Of a stretch of DNA of 64,000 nt, positions 55,101 through 63,167 are shown in pieces. The stretch is taken from positions 6,382,270-6,446,269 of the forward strand of contig JADJBV010000001.1 of NCBI GenBank assembly GCA_016703535.1. The letters are read 5' to 3'. A program made the translations under genes and the position numbers. The notes under the pieces were generated by a model that did not search any database, had not been told where the DNA came from, and saw only the letters and a program-made list of their open reading frames with translations. This stretch comes from Deltaproteobacteria bacterium (GTDB lineage: Bacteria > Myxococcota > Kuafuiibacteriia > Kuafuiibacteriales > Kuafuiibacteriaceae). Numbering within the stretch: position 1 is the stretch's first letter; every line of letters starts with the position of its first letter.

Positions 55101-56267
55101 CGAAAAGCTGAGGCCGATCCGGGTGCTCAAGGCCACCTCGGTGCTGCCGCTGGGCGGGTGCATCCACTCGACCACCGGCGGGTTGGTGTCGGGGGCCTCT
55201 TGGTGCGGGATGATCGCGGTGCCGACGCCGTGATCATCGCCGGCGATCACCAGGTTGCCGAGGACTGAGGCGAAGTCTTCGTCTCGATCGGTGCGGCCCG
55301 AGCTTCCATCGCCGATCTGGGTCGGTGGGTTGATCTGAAACTTCACATAGTTGTTGGAGAAGCCCGAGTGAAAGAACCCATCTTGGTAAGATCCGTAGCC
55401 GCCCGAGTTGAAGAAGAAGCCCACCGTGTCGAGATAGTTTATCCCGCCGTCGGGGGTGAGCTGATAGAAGTGGGCCCGGGGTGGGATGTTGCCCGAGATC
55501 AGGATCTTCCCGTCGCCGGCCAGGAGGTGGCTGTAGCCGGCCCGGGCGTTCACCTGTTGGAGCAGGCGCGGCTGATCGGGGATCGCCACGTCCAAGGTGG
55601 CCATCGCGCTGGACTGGCTCTCCATCACCACCGCCAGGTTGCCCAGCACGAACACTTGGGCCGGGCTGACGCCGCCGAGATCACCGGTGGGCACTTGGGC
55701 CAACAACGCCGGCGCCGCTGGATCTCGGACGTCGACCACGTAGAGGCCTTGATCGACGCCGGCCACGTAAAGATAGGGCGCCTGCCAGAACAACCACCAG
55801 TCGCCGCTGTAGTCGCCGAGGGCGATCCCGGGCAGCGGCGTGTAGCTCAGGCGTTGGATCGCGCGAGGGTTGGTGACGTCGTAGATCAGGACCCCAAGTT
55901 CACCTTGGGCGGCGAGCAAAAGTTGGTTGCCGTACCAGGCCAAAGAGAAGCCGTGGGCCTCCCGCAGGGCGTGGGTCTCAGGGTCGTCGTATTGGGCCAC
56001 CATCACCGGCGCCCGGGGGTTGGAGAGATCCCAAAACTCGAGGCCACCGTCGCTTTCGTCGCCGCCGCCATCGCTTGAATAGATGACCAGCAAGTAGCCC
56101 TGCACCAGGGCGACGTTGCCGTGGCCGTGGGGGCTTTCGATGTAGCCGATGGGGTTGAAGACCTCGCCCGAGCTGTAGTTGAGGTTGCCCAAGCCCGGGC
56201 CGACCTGGGCCTGGGCGGTGAGGCTCAAGGCGAGGAGCGGCAAGGCCAAACCAACGCGGGCGAACAT
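52140..56267 (-). CDS. Large secreted protein: LVIVD-type beta-propeller repeats, Ig-like domains, beta-propeller region, di-heme cytochrome c peroxidase-like domain, MYXO-CTERM-like sorting tail
   Basis: 1375 aa. Signal 'LALPLLALSLTAQAQ'. LVIVD-like 'GYLLVIYS' and 'LYVVDVRDP'. Heme motifs 'CATCH' and 'CAVCH' lie in the C-terminal third. The tail is 'GCGCTAHPSGPTGGIGVGLCGLLFLLRRRR'. Confidence 0.8.
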   Translation of the reverse strand: MFARVGLALPLLALSLTAQAQVGPGLGNLNYSSGEVFNPIGYIESPHGHGNVALVQGYLLVIYSSDGGGDESDGGLEFWDLSNPRAPVMVAQYDDPETHALREAHGFSLAWYGNQLLLAAQGELGVLIYDVTNPRAIQRLSYTPLPGIALGDYSGDWWLFWQAPYLYVAGVDQGLYVVDVRDPAAPALLAQVPTGDLGGVSPAQVFVLGNLAVVMESQSSAMATLDVAIPDQPRLLQQVNARAGYSHLLAGDGKILISGNIPPRAHFYQLTPDGGINYLDTVGFFFNSGGYGSYQDGFFHSGFSNNYVKFQINPPTQIGDGSSGRTDRDEDFASVLGNLVIAGDDHGVGTAIIPHQEAPDTNPPVVEWMHPPSGSTEVALSTRIGLSFSDQIDAASLNPSTLWLEDDGGNPVPAWLSVQQGLVNLAPVSELGLNRTYRIVAVGVRDVVGNPSPRFEGTITTGDGSVAQSPTAAVINVDVNVALGSYALGIFSEGKLVYSDRDYTFTAQYPARYERQAYLQTANVDRINFLSNFLSFELLAPAEVAVLYDARASSIPNWLGTFTPTGETVVTTDTTLDVYRRDFPAGPVNLGGNSALGASGAQSMYSVVIVPEPLPCEVDLSPALTGTITLSGTGPQSGNYQWRVAGRTLSGPNPSVFLPPGRHPITLNVDDGVRAASCSGLKIVHRPLVNVPARTASKLIWVEGHTLNVNPDHGSVSRVDPNGGVIWERAIGGRPEGLAQKGDELWVVDRSGARLVILDLDTGSELRTIPLRRASAPTAIVFAPDGRGYVSLYATGEVQVIEADGSLGPSSVITPTARGLTWFDGKLYVTRFISGDTEGEVHVLDASNLAQREVVHLPFDPGPDTEATGRGVPNYVAEVQIAPDGVTGFVASKKDNIARGLVRDGRPLTFESRARTVVSRFEIATASAAVHRRLDINDRELVLTTLISPLADLLFVASHGVHRIDVFDLAKDERVSQFDVGLGPQAMALDPAGERLAVFNFLSRSVSYYDVAGLLRGTRNAAPELATITTVASEPLSPVVLAGKRIFHDAADHRMSRDSYLSCATCHFEGGHDGRTWDFTQAGEGLRNTISLNGRAGVGHGRVHWTANFDELQDFEHDIRGAFGGQGYLSDADFAATQDPLGAPKAGRSAELDALAAYVATLTTFEPSPHREADGSLSADARRGRVVFNNAGCAVCHGGPTFSDHLRHDVGTIRPSSGQGLGQPLIGVGFDTPTLRGLWDGAPYLHDGSAATLEQVLDRHGPIPALAVSERAELLSYLLSLDNDSLPPEAPCEQGPNECIAAMGPTDAGLPNPDAQPTADSGGPDAGAADQGTPVDAGGGPPTEEGCGCTAHPSGPTGGIGVGLCGLLFLLRRRR

Positions 56268-56334
56268 GGCGAGCCTGTAGCCCGATCCCCCAGCCCGGGG
56301 GAACCGGGAGGCCGACGTATCCGCCGAAGCGGGT

Positions 56335-57096
56335 TCAGCGGCTCGGGGCTTGTCTCGACCACCAGGCTCGATAAGCGGCGACGGTGGGGAACTTCTGCTT
56401 GGTCAGGGCCCGCAGGGTGGGCAGGTACTCCTCACTCGTACCTCGGGCGCTTGCGCCTTCCGCGGCCCGCAACAGGCCTTCGGTCAACTTCGGCTCCGGG
56501 TGTTTGGCCAAGATCTGGAGCGCCCGGCTCTCCAACACCGGATCACCGGCCTCGAGGGCCTGGAGCAGGGCCGGGCCCGCCTTCACCTCGAGCCGGGGCA
56601 CCTCGAGGAGCCCGGTGGCCGCGGTCCGGGCCACCTCTTCGTCGGGGTAGGCCACCAACACCACCAGCCCCTCTTGGGCTTCTTTGGTTTGGGGACGGGC
56701 GGCCAAAAGCCGAGCGGCGAGTTGGAAGCTGCGGTCCTTGGGGCCCCTCTCGGAGAGGCGGGGCAACACGCCCGGGCTCAAGGTGGGGGCCGGGTTCAAG
56801 ACCTTGACCACCCAGGCGCCGGTCGCCGCCGCCGTCGCGCCGTAAGGTCGGGCCAACCACCATCCCAACAGGGCGTCGGTTTCGGCTTGGCCAGGCTCGA
56901 GGCCCGCCAGCTGAGGGATCAACTTCGGGGTCTGGGGGGCCGAGTCGAGTTCGGTCAGGCGCCGCAGGGCCGAGATCCGTTCGCCCCCCAACTCACCTTG
57001 GGCTTTTTGCAAGAGAACTTGCACTTCGGCGTCGGGGGCGGCCGAGGTTGGCGGGGAGGTGCCCATCAGGATCAGGAAAACCGGCCAAGGGCGCAT
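56335..57096 (-). CDS. Secreted HEAT/ARM-like repeat protein (hypothetical)
   Basis: 253 aa. N-terminal hydrophobic 'WPVFLILMG'. Repeated helical 'ALRRLTELD' and 'LLQALEAGDPVLESRALQILA' units. Confidence 0.45.
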   Translation of the reverse strand: MRPWPVFLILMGTSPPTSAAPDAEVQVLLQKAQGELGGERISALRRLTELDSAPQTPKLIPQLAGLEPGQAETDALLGWWLARPYGATAAATGAWVVKVLNPAPTLSPGVLPRLSERGPKDRSFQLAARLLAARPQTKEAQEGLVVLVAYPDEEVARTAATGLLEVPRLEVKAGPALLQALEAGDPVLESRALQILAKHPEPKLTEGLLRAAEGASARGTSEEYLPTLRALTKQKFPTVAAYRAWWSRQAPSR

Positions 57097-57129
57097 CTTG
57101 CGTCTCTACCACACCGCCATGGGTTCCGT

Positions 57130-60100
57130 TCAGGGACCCACGCCGACCCCCACCCGCTGAGGCGGACGCGCCACGACCGGCGGGTCAGGCAACCGCGTGC
57201 GGAGCTGTTCGGTGATCTTGTCCTCGAGTGGCCCGAGGGTGAAGGTCATGAAGCTCCGGCCCGCCCGCCACTGGGTGGCGCCGGTGACCGTGCCGTCGTT
57301 GGTGATCGCCGAAAGCCCGGGTGTTCCCGCCAAGGCCGAGCGGTGGGTCAAGGTCGACTCGATCCCCGCCACGTAGCGGTTCATCAACAGCGCCTCGTTG
57401 GAGTCGGCGCCCAACTCGGTTACCACCCGATCGCGCCGGGCCCGTAGTTCGGTCAAGGCCGGGCTGCCGTCTCCCCCTTGCAGAGCCCGGGATCCCAAGC
57501 GGGCCAGGCCTTCGGCGTTGGGCATCGGTGAACGGGGGCGCATGTCGCTCAAGCGCGAGAGCACCGTGTGTTGTTCCCGGAGCCCCTCCCGCAGGCCTTG
57601 CAGGTGTTGGGTCTCGACCGGCAGTTGTCCGGCCGCGCTCAGCGCCTGTTGGTCGAGGCTCCGGGCCTGATCCACAAACTCACCACCTCGGCAGGCGTCG
57701 ATCACCCAGACCAAGTTGACGCCGTGATCCCGGGCGGTGCGGTTCAGCTGCTCGAGCTGCTCGGGGGTGATGTCGACCCGTTGCCCTCGTTCGTCGGTCA
57801 ACATCAGGCCCGAGACCTCGCGATCGCCGCGGGAGCCGAAGCTGCCGGTGTGGCCCGCGAAGTGGACCACCACGGTGCGCGGCCTGGTGCGACCTTCGGC
57901 GTCGAGCCGGGCCGCGGGGTCCCTCGGATCTCGGAGGATCTCGCCCTCGATGGCCCGCATCATGGTCTCGGGTGTGGGTCGGTGATGGACCTCGACCTGG
58001 CCCTCGGGGACGCCACCGTAACGACGGAACATGTCCGCGACCCGCTCGGAGCTGCGCTGAAACGAGGCCCGATCGCTGGCCGAACCCCGGCCCGAAAACG
58101 AAAGGACCTGGAGATCTCGACCTTCGGCCCGCGCCCCGGTCCGGGGATCGACCAAAAAGTCCTCGGTCTGGCCGTGGGCGACGCCGTTTTCCCGGGTGCG
58201 TTCGCCGCTGCGCAACAAGGTGGTCGCTCGGTAGTCGTCGATCTGGAACAAGGCGTTGAGCGGGATGGCGGGATCGGGCTGGTTGCCGGCGGCCCGATAG
58301 GCCTGCCGTGCCCGAGTGGAGGCCCGTTCACTCGCTTGGTATCCCGTGTCGAAGAAGACGCCGTATTGGTACCACTGGTTGCTGCTGGTCGCGCCGAGCC
58401 GTGCGTCGCTGATCAGATCTTGGGTGTTGGCCCGATCGCTGGTGGTCACCGCCCCCAGCTGGAAGGTGATGGCGGCGGAGCGGGTGTTGTTGGCCCGACC
58501 GTCCACCAAGGTGCGACGCACCGCCTCCAGATCCCGGTTGCGTTGACCCCGGGTGAAGTCGATGGGCCCTTCGCTGCTGGGCAAGCTCCCGTTTCGATCG
58601 AGTTGATCGAGGCGAGAGAAGGCCCGGACCGTCTCGTCAAAGTCGAGGCCTGGGTATCGTTCCCCAAAGGCCCGGCGGGCGGCGTCCAGATCTCCCGACG
58701 CCGGGATCAGGCCGGCCAGATCCGCCCGATCGATCGTGTATTCAGGGCCGGGACGACGACCGGTGCCGGGAGCCCGGAGGCGCACCGAATAGTCGCCACC
58801 ACCGTCCCGCACCGACTCGGCCGCCAACTGCAGTTCGGCGTGACGGGCTCCGCCGGGTCCACTCAGATCGAAGAGCTGGTGAATGCGCGAGCCAGCCCGG
58901 ATGTCGAGCTCGATGTTGGTCGGGGCCTGAAACACCTCGAGCTGTTGATCGATCTGCTGGAGGCGGTGGGTGAGCCGCTCCCGTTCGGGCAAGGAGGTGG
59001 CCGGATCCAGGAGTTGTCGCCGCACGCCCGTCCGTTCGCCCTGGAGTTGAGCCGCGGTGCCGCTGTCATCCCGCCGGACCCCGTCGCTGACGTTGGTCAA
59101 CAACCCCTCGAAGGAGGCCCGGGTCATGCCGGTTCGGCGCAACACGTCGTCGCGATAGGTTCGGTCCGAAAAGTAGCGCTGCAGCGAGATCTCGTTGGCG
59201 CCGGTGCCTCGGGCGGTGATCACCAAGGGCTCGCCGGTGCCCGTGTCTTGGGCCCGCAGGCGTAGGTTGTGGGCGTCGAAGGCCCGAACCACCGTCGCCT
59301 GATCCGCCTCTCGGGTGATGGTGCCCGCGGTGGGCTGGGGCAGGCTGATCTCCGCGCCGTTGGCGCCGAGCAGACGCTGGAGATCGTGGGTCGAGCTCAG
59401 GCGGGCCTCAAAGTCGGTGAGCAGCCGCTGGGCGTGGGCCGGGCTGGAGGCGTGCTGCAGCTGCTGAAACAGGCCGGTGCCGCCCAGCAAGTGAGCCCGC
59501 TCGGGCCCCAGCTGGCCGACCAAGGCGTAGGCCCGGGGCCTCAACTCGGCCGGCAGGTTCTCCACGGCCCGGGCGCTCTGCACCACGTCGACGGCGGAAT
59601 CAGCGGTGGCGGGCGTACGAAATCCGTCCCGAGCGAAGGCCTGGAAGATCGCGGTGCGGGTTTCGGCGTTGCCGGCCTCGTAGCCACTGCGCACCATGTC
59701 GGCGTTGTATTCGGCGTCGGTCGCTTCGCCCTCAGGCGGCACCGAGGGCGTAAACAAGGTCAACAGGTTGGCCCGTTCGGCGTCGGGGAGCTCGTTGAGC
59801 ATCCGCATCGCCTCGCCCCGGACCGCCGGCGGCTGGGCCAAGACGGTGCGGACCTCGGCCTGGGCCTGCTGCGAATAACCGTGGGCCCGCAAATACAACG
59901 CGGCCTCTTGGCCTTCGGCGGCGTTCATCGCCGGCAAGGTCCCGGCCCGGGTCTGTTCGGCCAACGCACCCCGGGCACCCTGCAGGTAGTCGTTTACCGC
60001 CCGGTTCCACTGGGTTTCGGTGGCCCGAGGAGGACGTTGGGCCTCCAACTGGCGCCGCAGTTCGGCCTCCCCCCGAGGCGAGGACAAGACCGACTGCATC

Positions 60101-61026
60101 ACCAACGCTTGATCGCCCGTCGCCGCCCGGCGCCCGACGTCTCGGAAGTGGGCGTCGTCGACTCGGCCGTTGAAGGTGACGGTGTCTGGGTTCCACGAGC
60201 TGCCAAAGGCCCGGGCGATCGCCGCCGCAGCTTCGGCCAAGGCCTCGCCGATCATCTCGAAGAAACCTGGGCCCTCGACCCGCTCCCCACGCAGGCCCTG
60301 GCGATCGCCGACGGTGGCCTCTCGGGCCGCGGCCGCTTCGGTGCCGCTGCGATCGAGGTGGCTGTCGACCACCTCACCGCCGGGTCCACCCAGGTGATAG
60401 GCCCGGGCGATCTCGCTGCCCGGGCGCAGGTCGATCTCGGTGCCGGGCGCTACGGTGCCGGAGTTGAGATCGTCGAGGAGCTCGTTGAGTTCGGCCGGAG
60501 CGATGCCGTGGCTGCGCAAGAAGTCTCGAAAACGGGCCGGGTCTTGATCGATCGCTTGACGGAGTTGTCCGGCGGTCAAGGTCTCATCGCCGATCCGAAA
60601 GCGCAGCTGCTGAGCCGCGCCGTTGCCGCTCTGCTCGAGGGAACGGCTGAGCAAGTCGCGGGTCAGGCCCAGTTGGCCGATGCTGCCGGTGTCGCCGCCC
60701 ACGCTCTGGATGCCAGCCCGTCGGCGCGCACCGACCCCGAGGTCCTCCCGCACGGCCACGTCGCCGGTGTGGGCCGGAGGTGGGGCTGGGGGGACCACCC
60801 CGCTGGCGCCGATCCCGCGGATCGGATCCCGGTTGCCCAGGGCGCAACCTTCACCCTCGGGGACCGCCTGGCCGATGGAGGCGCCGTTTTCGACCCGGTC
60901 GGCGTAGGCGTTCGGCCGGGGATCGGCCTCGGCCACCGGTTCACCACCCCCCACCTCGGACAACGGGGAAGGCCCGTCCGGGTTGGCCACGGGAAGGAGA
61001 TCACGGCGTCGTTCGACTGCACCCAC
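57130..61026 (-). CDS. Very large protein (1298 aa) with C-terminal caspase-fold (peptidase C14/CHAT-like) domain
   Basis: His-Cys dyad context 'TVVVHFAGHTGSFG' ... 'VNLVWVIDACRGGEF'. The first ~1000 aa have no recognisable domain. No signal peptide is seen. The start codon is uncertain. Confidence 0.65.
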   Translation of the reverse strand: MGAVERRRDLLPVANPDGPSPLSEVGGGEPVAEADPRPNAYADRVENGASIGQAVPEGEGCALGNRDPIRGIGASGVVPPAPPPAHTGDVAVREDLGVGARRRAGIQSVGGDTGSIGQLGLTRDLLSRSLEQSGNGAAQQLRFRIGDETLTAGQLRQAIDQDPARFRDFLRSHGIAPAELNELLDDLNSGTVAPGTEIDLRPGSEIARAYHLGGPGGEVVDSHLDRSGTEAAAAREATVGDRQGLRGERVEGPGFFEMIGEALAEAAAAIARAFGSSWNPDTVTFNGRVDDAHFRDVGRRAATGDQALVMQSVLSSPRGEAELRRQLEAQRPPRATETQWNRAVNDYLQGARGALAEQTRAGTLPAMNAAEGQEAALYLRAHGYSQQAQAEVRTVLAQPPAVRGEAMRMLNELPDAERANLLTLFTPSVPPEGEATDAEYNADMVRSGYEAGNAETRTAIFQAFARDGFRTPATADSAVDVVQSARAVENLPAELRPRAYALVGQLGPERAHLLGGTGLFQQLQHASSPAHAQRLLTDFEARLSSTHDLQRLLGANGAEISLPQPTAGTITREADQATVVRAFDAHNLRLRAQDTGTGEPLVITARGTGANEISLQRYFSDRTYRDDVLRRTGMTRASFEGLLTNVSDGVRRDDSGTAAQLQGERTGVRRQLLDPATSLPERERLTHRLQQIDQQLEVFQAPTNIELDIRAGSRIHQLFDLSGPGGARHAELQLAAESVRDGGGDYSVRLRAPGTGRRPGPEYTIDRADLAGLIPASGDLDAARRAFGERYPGLDFDETVRAFSRLDQLDRNGSLPSSEGPIDFTRGQRNRDLEAVRRTLVDGRANNTRSAAITFQLGAVTTSDRANTQDLISDARLGATSSNQWYQYGVFFDTGYQASERASTRARQAYRAAGNQPDPAIPLNALFQIDDYRATTLLRSGERTRENGVAHGQTEDFLVDPRTGARAEGRDLQVLSFSGRGSASDRASFQRSSERVADMFRRYGGVPEGQVEVHHRPTPETMMRAIEGEILRDPRDPAARLDAEGRTRPRTVVVHFAGHTGSFGSRGDREVSGLMLTDERGQRVDITPEQLEQLNRTARDHGVNLVWVIDACRGGEFVDQARSLDQQALSAAGQLPVETQHLQGLREGLREQHTVLSRLSDMRPRSPMPNAEGLARLGSRALQGGDGSPALTELRARRDRVVTELGADSNEALLMNRYVAGIESTLTHRSALAGTPGLSAITNDGTVTGATQWRAGRSFMTFTLGPLEDKITEQLRTRLPDPPVVARPPQRVGVGVGP

Positions 61027-61244
61027 CCTTCAAGGGATTGCACCGGTCATGCCAGGCCCAGTCCGGCCTTTCTGCCCTCGAAACGCGGCTCGGAGGGCTC
61101 GGCCGGGGCGTGACCAAGCAAGAGCTGCAGGTCAGGCGCGCAAGGTTGGCGGTGCTCCGGCGCACATGCCTCGCCGAGGGCCTTCGGGCACGATCCGGCC
61201 GCACCGTTGACGCCCAGCCTGGGATGAGCGAAACGCCGTCTCTC

Positions 61245-63167
61245 ATGTGCGGCATCGTCGGAGCGGTCGGCGCCATCGACGAGCGGGTGATCGCCGCCGT
61301 CAAGGCTGCGAACCAACGCATGGCCCACCGGGGCCCCGACGCCGAAGGGATCTGGAGCGACATCGGACCAGACGGGCGAGGGGTGGTCTTTGGCCACCGC
61401 CGTCTGGCGATCATCGATCTACGACCCGAGTCCAACCAGCCGATGGTCGAAGGCCGACAGGCCTTGGTCTTCAACGGCGAGATCTACAACTACCAAAGCC
61501 TTCGCAAGTCACTGCTGGAGCGGGGCCAGACCTTACGCACCGAAGGGGACACCGAGGTCTTGCTCCGTTCGGTCGAGCTCGACGGGCCGGCGGCTTTGGA
61601 TCGGCTCCGGGGCATGTTCGCCTTCGCCCAGTGGGATCGAGATCGCCGCCGGCTGCTCTTGGCCCGGGATCGGATCGGCGAAAAGCCCCTTTACCTGACG
61701 ACCATCGACGGTCCGGCGGGGCCGCTCCTCTTGTTCGCCTCCGAGGTGCGGGCCTTGTTGGCCACCGAGTTGGTGCCGCGGCGTTTGGACCCGGTGGGGC
61801 TCTCGGGCTTTTTGTGGAACGGCTTCGTGCCCGGCCCCAACACCTTGGTGCAGGGCATCCGTCGCTTGAGCGCCGGCACCTACGCCCAGGTGGAGTTGGC
61901 CGACGTGGGCCTCGAGGTCAGCGACCACCGCTACTGGCGTCTCCCGGCGGCCTCACCTCGGCCCGACGGTGATCGCTTGCTCGGGGAAGAGCTGCGGCGA
62001 GCGGTGGATCTGCAGCTGATGGCCGACGTGCCCTTGGGCGTGTTCCTCTCGGGCGGCATCGACTCGAGTTCGGTCGCGGCGTTGGCGGTGGCGGCCGGCC
62101 GGGGCCCGGTGCGGACCTTCAACCTCTCCTTCCCCGACGATCCGCTGGACGAGTCCCGCTACGCCAAGGCGGTGGCCCAAGGCCTCGGCACCGATCACAT
62201 CACCGTGCCCCTCGACGAAGGCGGGTTTGCAAGTCAACTTGACGCCGCCCTTTCGGCCCTGGATCAGCCGACCTTCGACGGCATCAATACTTACTTCGTC
62301 AGCCGAGCTGCTCGCGAAGCCGGAGTGACGGTGGCCTTGGCCGGCACCGGCGGCGACGAACTCTTCGGCGGCTACGCCAGCTTCGCCGATCTGCCCAAGC
62401 TGCGGCAGGCCTCGACCGCCACCCAGTTGTTGCCCAAACCTCTGCTGAAGTTGGCGGGGCAAGCGGTGGCCCGGGCCAAACTGGGGCCTTTTGGCGAGGT
62501 CCCGCCTCAGACCCGTTGGGGCAAGTTGGGTGAAGCCTTGGGCGCGGGCGGAGATCTGGTCGCCCTCTACCAACTCGCCTACGGGCTATTTTTGCCGGAC
62601 TTTTTGGCCGAACTTTCGGATCACGCGGGCCGCTTGCCGATCGGCCTGCCGCCGGCCCTCGAATCCCACGCCCGGGGTTTGGTCGAGGGTGCGCCCATCC
62701 TCCACGCGATCTCCTTGCTCGAGTTGACCTCCTTCACCGGCGAACGGCTCTTGCCCGACGGCGACGCGGCCAGCATGGCGGTGTCTTTGGAGGTGCGGGT
62801 GCCCCTCCTCGATCACCGGGTCATCGAGTCGGTGGCGGCGGTCGATCCCGAGCGGCGTTTTTTGCCGTCTCGCAAGAAGGCCCTCCTGCGGGAGTTGGCC
62901 TTGGGTAAGTTGGACCCGGCGATCTTCGATCGACCCAAGTCGGGCTTCGTGTTGCCGATCGAAGGTTGGTGCAAAAAGGGCCTGGCCCTCGAGGTCGGGC
63001 AGACCCTCTCGGATCCCCAGTTGGCCCAAAACGCCGGCCTACACCCCGAAACCGTGGGCCGACTGTGGCGGGCCTTTTCGGCGAACGCGCCCGGCCTCTA
63101 TTGGTCGCGAATCTGGGCCTTGTACGTCTTGCTCCGCTGGGTGCGCGAGCACAAGATGTCCGCATGA
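61245..63167 (+). CDS. asnB: Asparagine synthase (glutamine-hydrolysing), AsnB family
   Basis: Within track ORF 60780..63167. The start is at ATG 61245, giving the obligatory 'MCGIVG' Ntn-amidotransferase N-terminus. 'HRGPD' and the PP-loop 'FLSGGIDSS' are present. Confidence 0.9.
   Translation: MCGIVGAVGAIDERVIAAVKAANQRMAHRGPDAEGIWSDIGPDGRGVVFGHRRLAIIDLRPESNQPMVEGRQALVFNGEIYNYQSLRKSLLERGQTLRTEGDTEVLLRSVELDGPAALDRLRGMFAFAQWDRDRRRLLLARDRIGEKPLYLTTIDGPAGPLLLFASEVRALLATELVPRRLDPVGLSGFLWNGFVPGPNTLVQGIRRLSAGTYAQVELADVGLEVSDHRYWRLPAASPRPDGDRLLGEELRRAVDLQLMADVPLGVFLSGGIDSSSVAALAVAAGRGPVRTFNLSFPDDPLDESRYAKAVAQGLGTDHITVPLDEGGFASQLDAALSALDQPTFDGINTYFVSRAAREAGVTVALAGTGGDELFGGYASFADLPKLRQASTATQLLPKPLLKLAGQAVARAKLGPFGEVPPQTRWGKLGEALGAGGDLVALYQLAYGLFLPDFLAELSDHAGRLPIGLPPALESHARGLVEGAPILHAISLLELTSFTGERLLPDGDAASMAVSLEVRVPLLDHRVIESVAAVDPERRFLPSRKKALLRELALGKLDPAIFDRPKSGFVLPIEGWCKKGLALEVGQTLSDPQLAQNAGLHPETVGRLWRAFSANAPGLYWSRIWALYVLLRWVREHKMSA

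Noticed and set aside
50053-55268. Long plus-strand ORFs 50053..52278 (741 aa) and 52599..55268 (889 aa)
   Set aside because: They are antisense to the well-supported histidine kinase and LVIVD/peroxidase-like genes. Their composition is typical of GC-rich antisense frames.
57568-61113. Plus-strand ORFs 57568..59265 (565 aa) and 59269..61113 (614 aa)
   Set aside because: They are antisense to the 1298-aa caspase-fold gene, with low-complexity Gly/Arg/Pro-rich translation.
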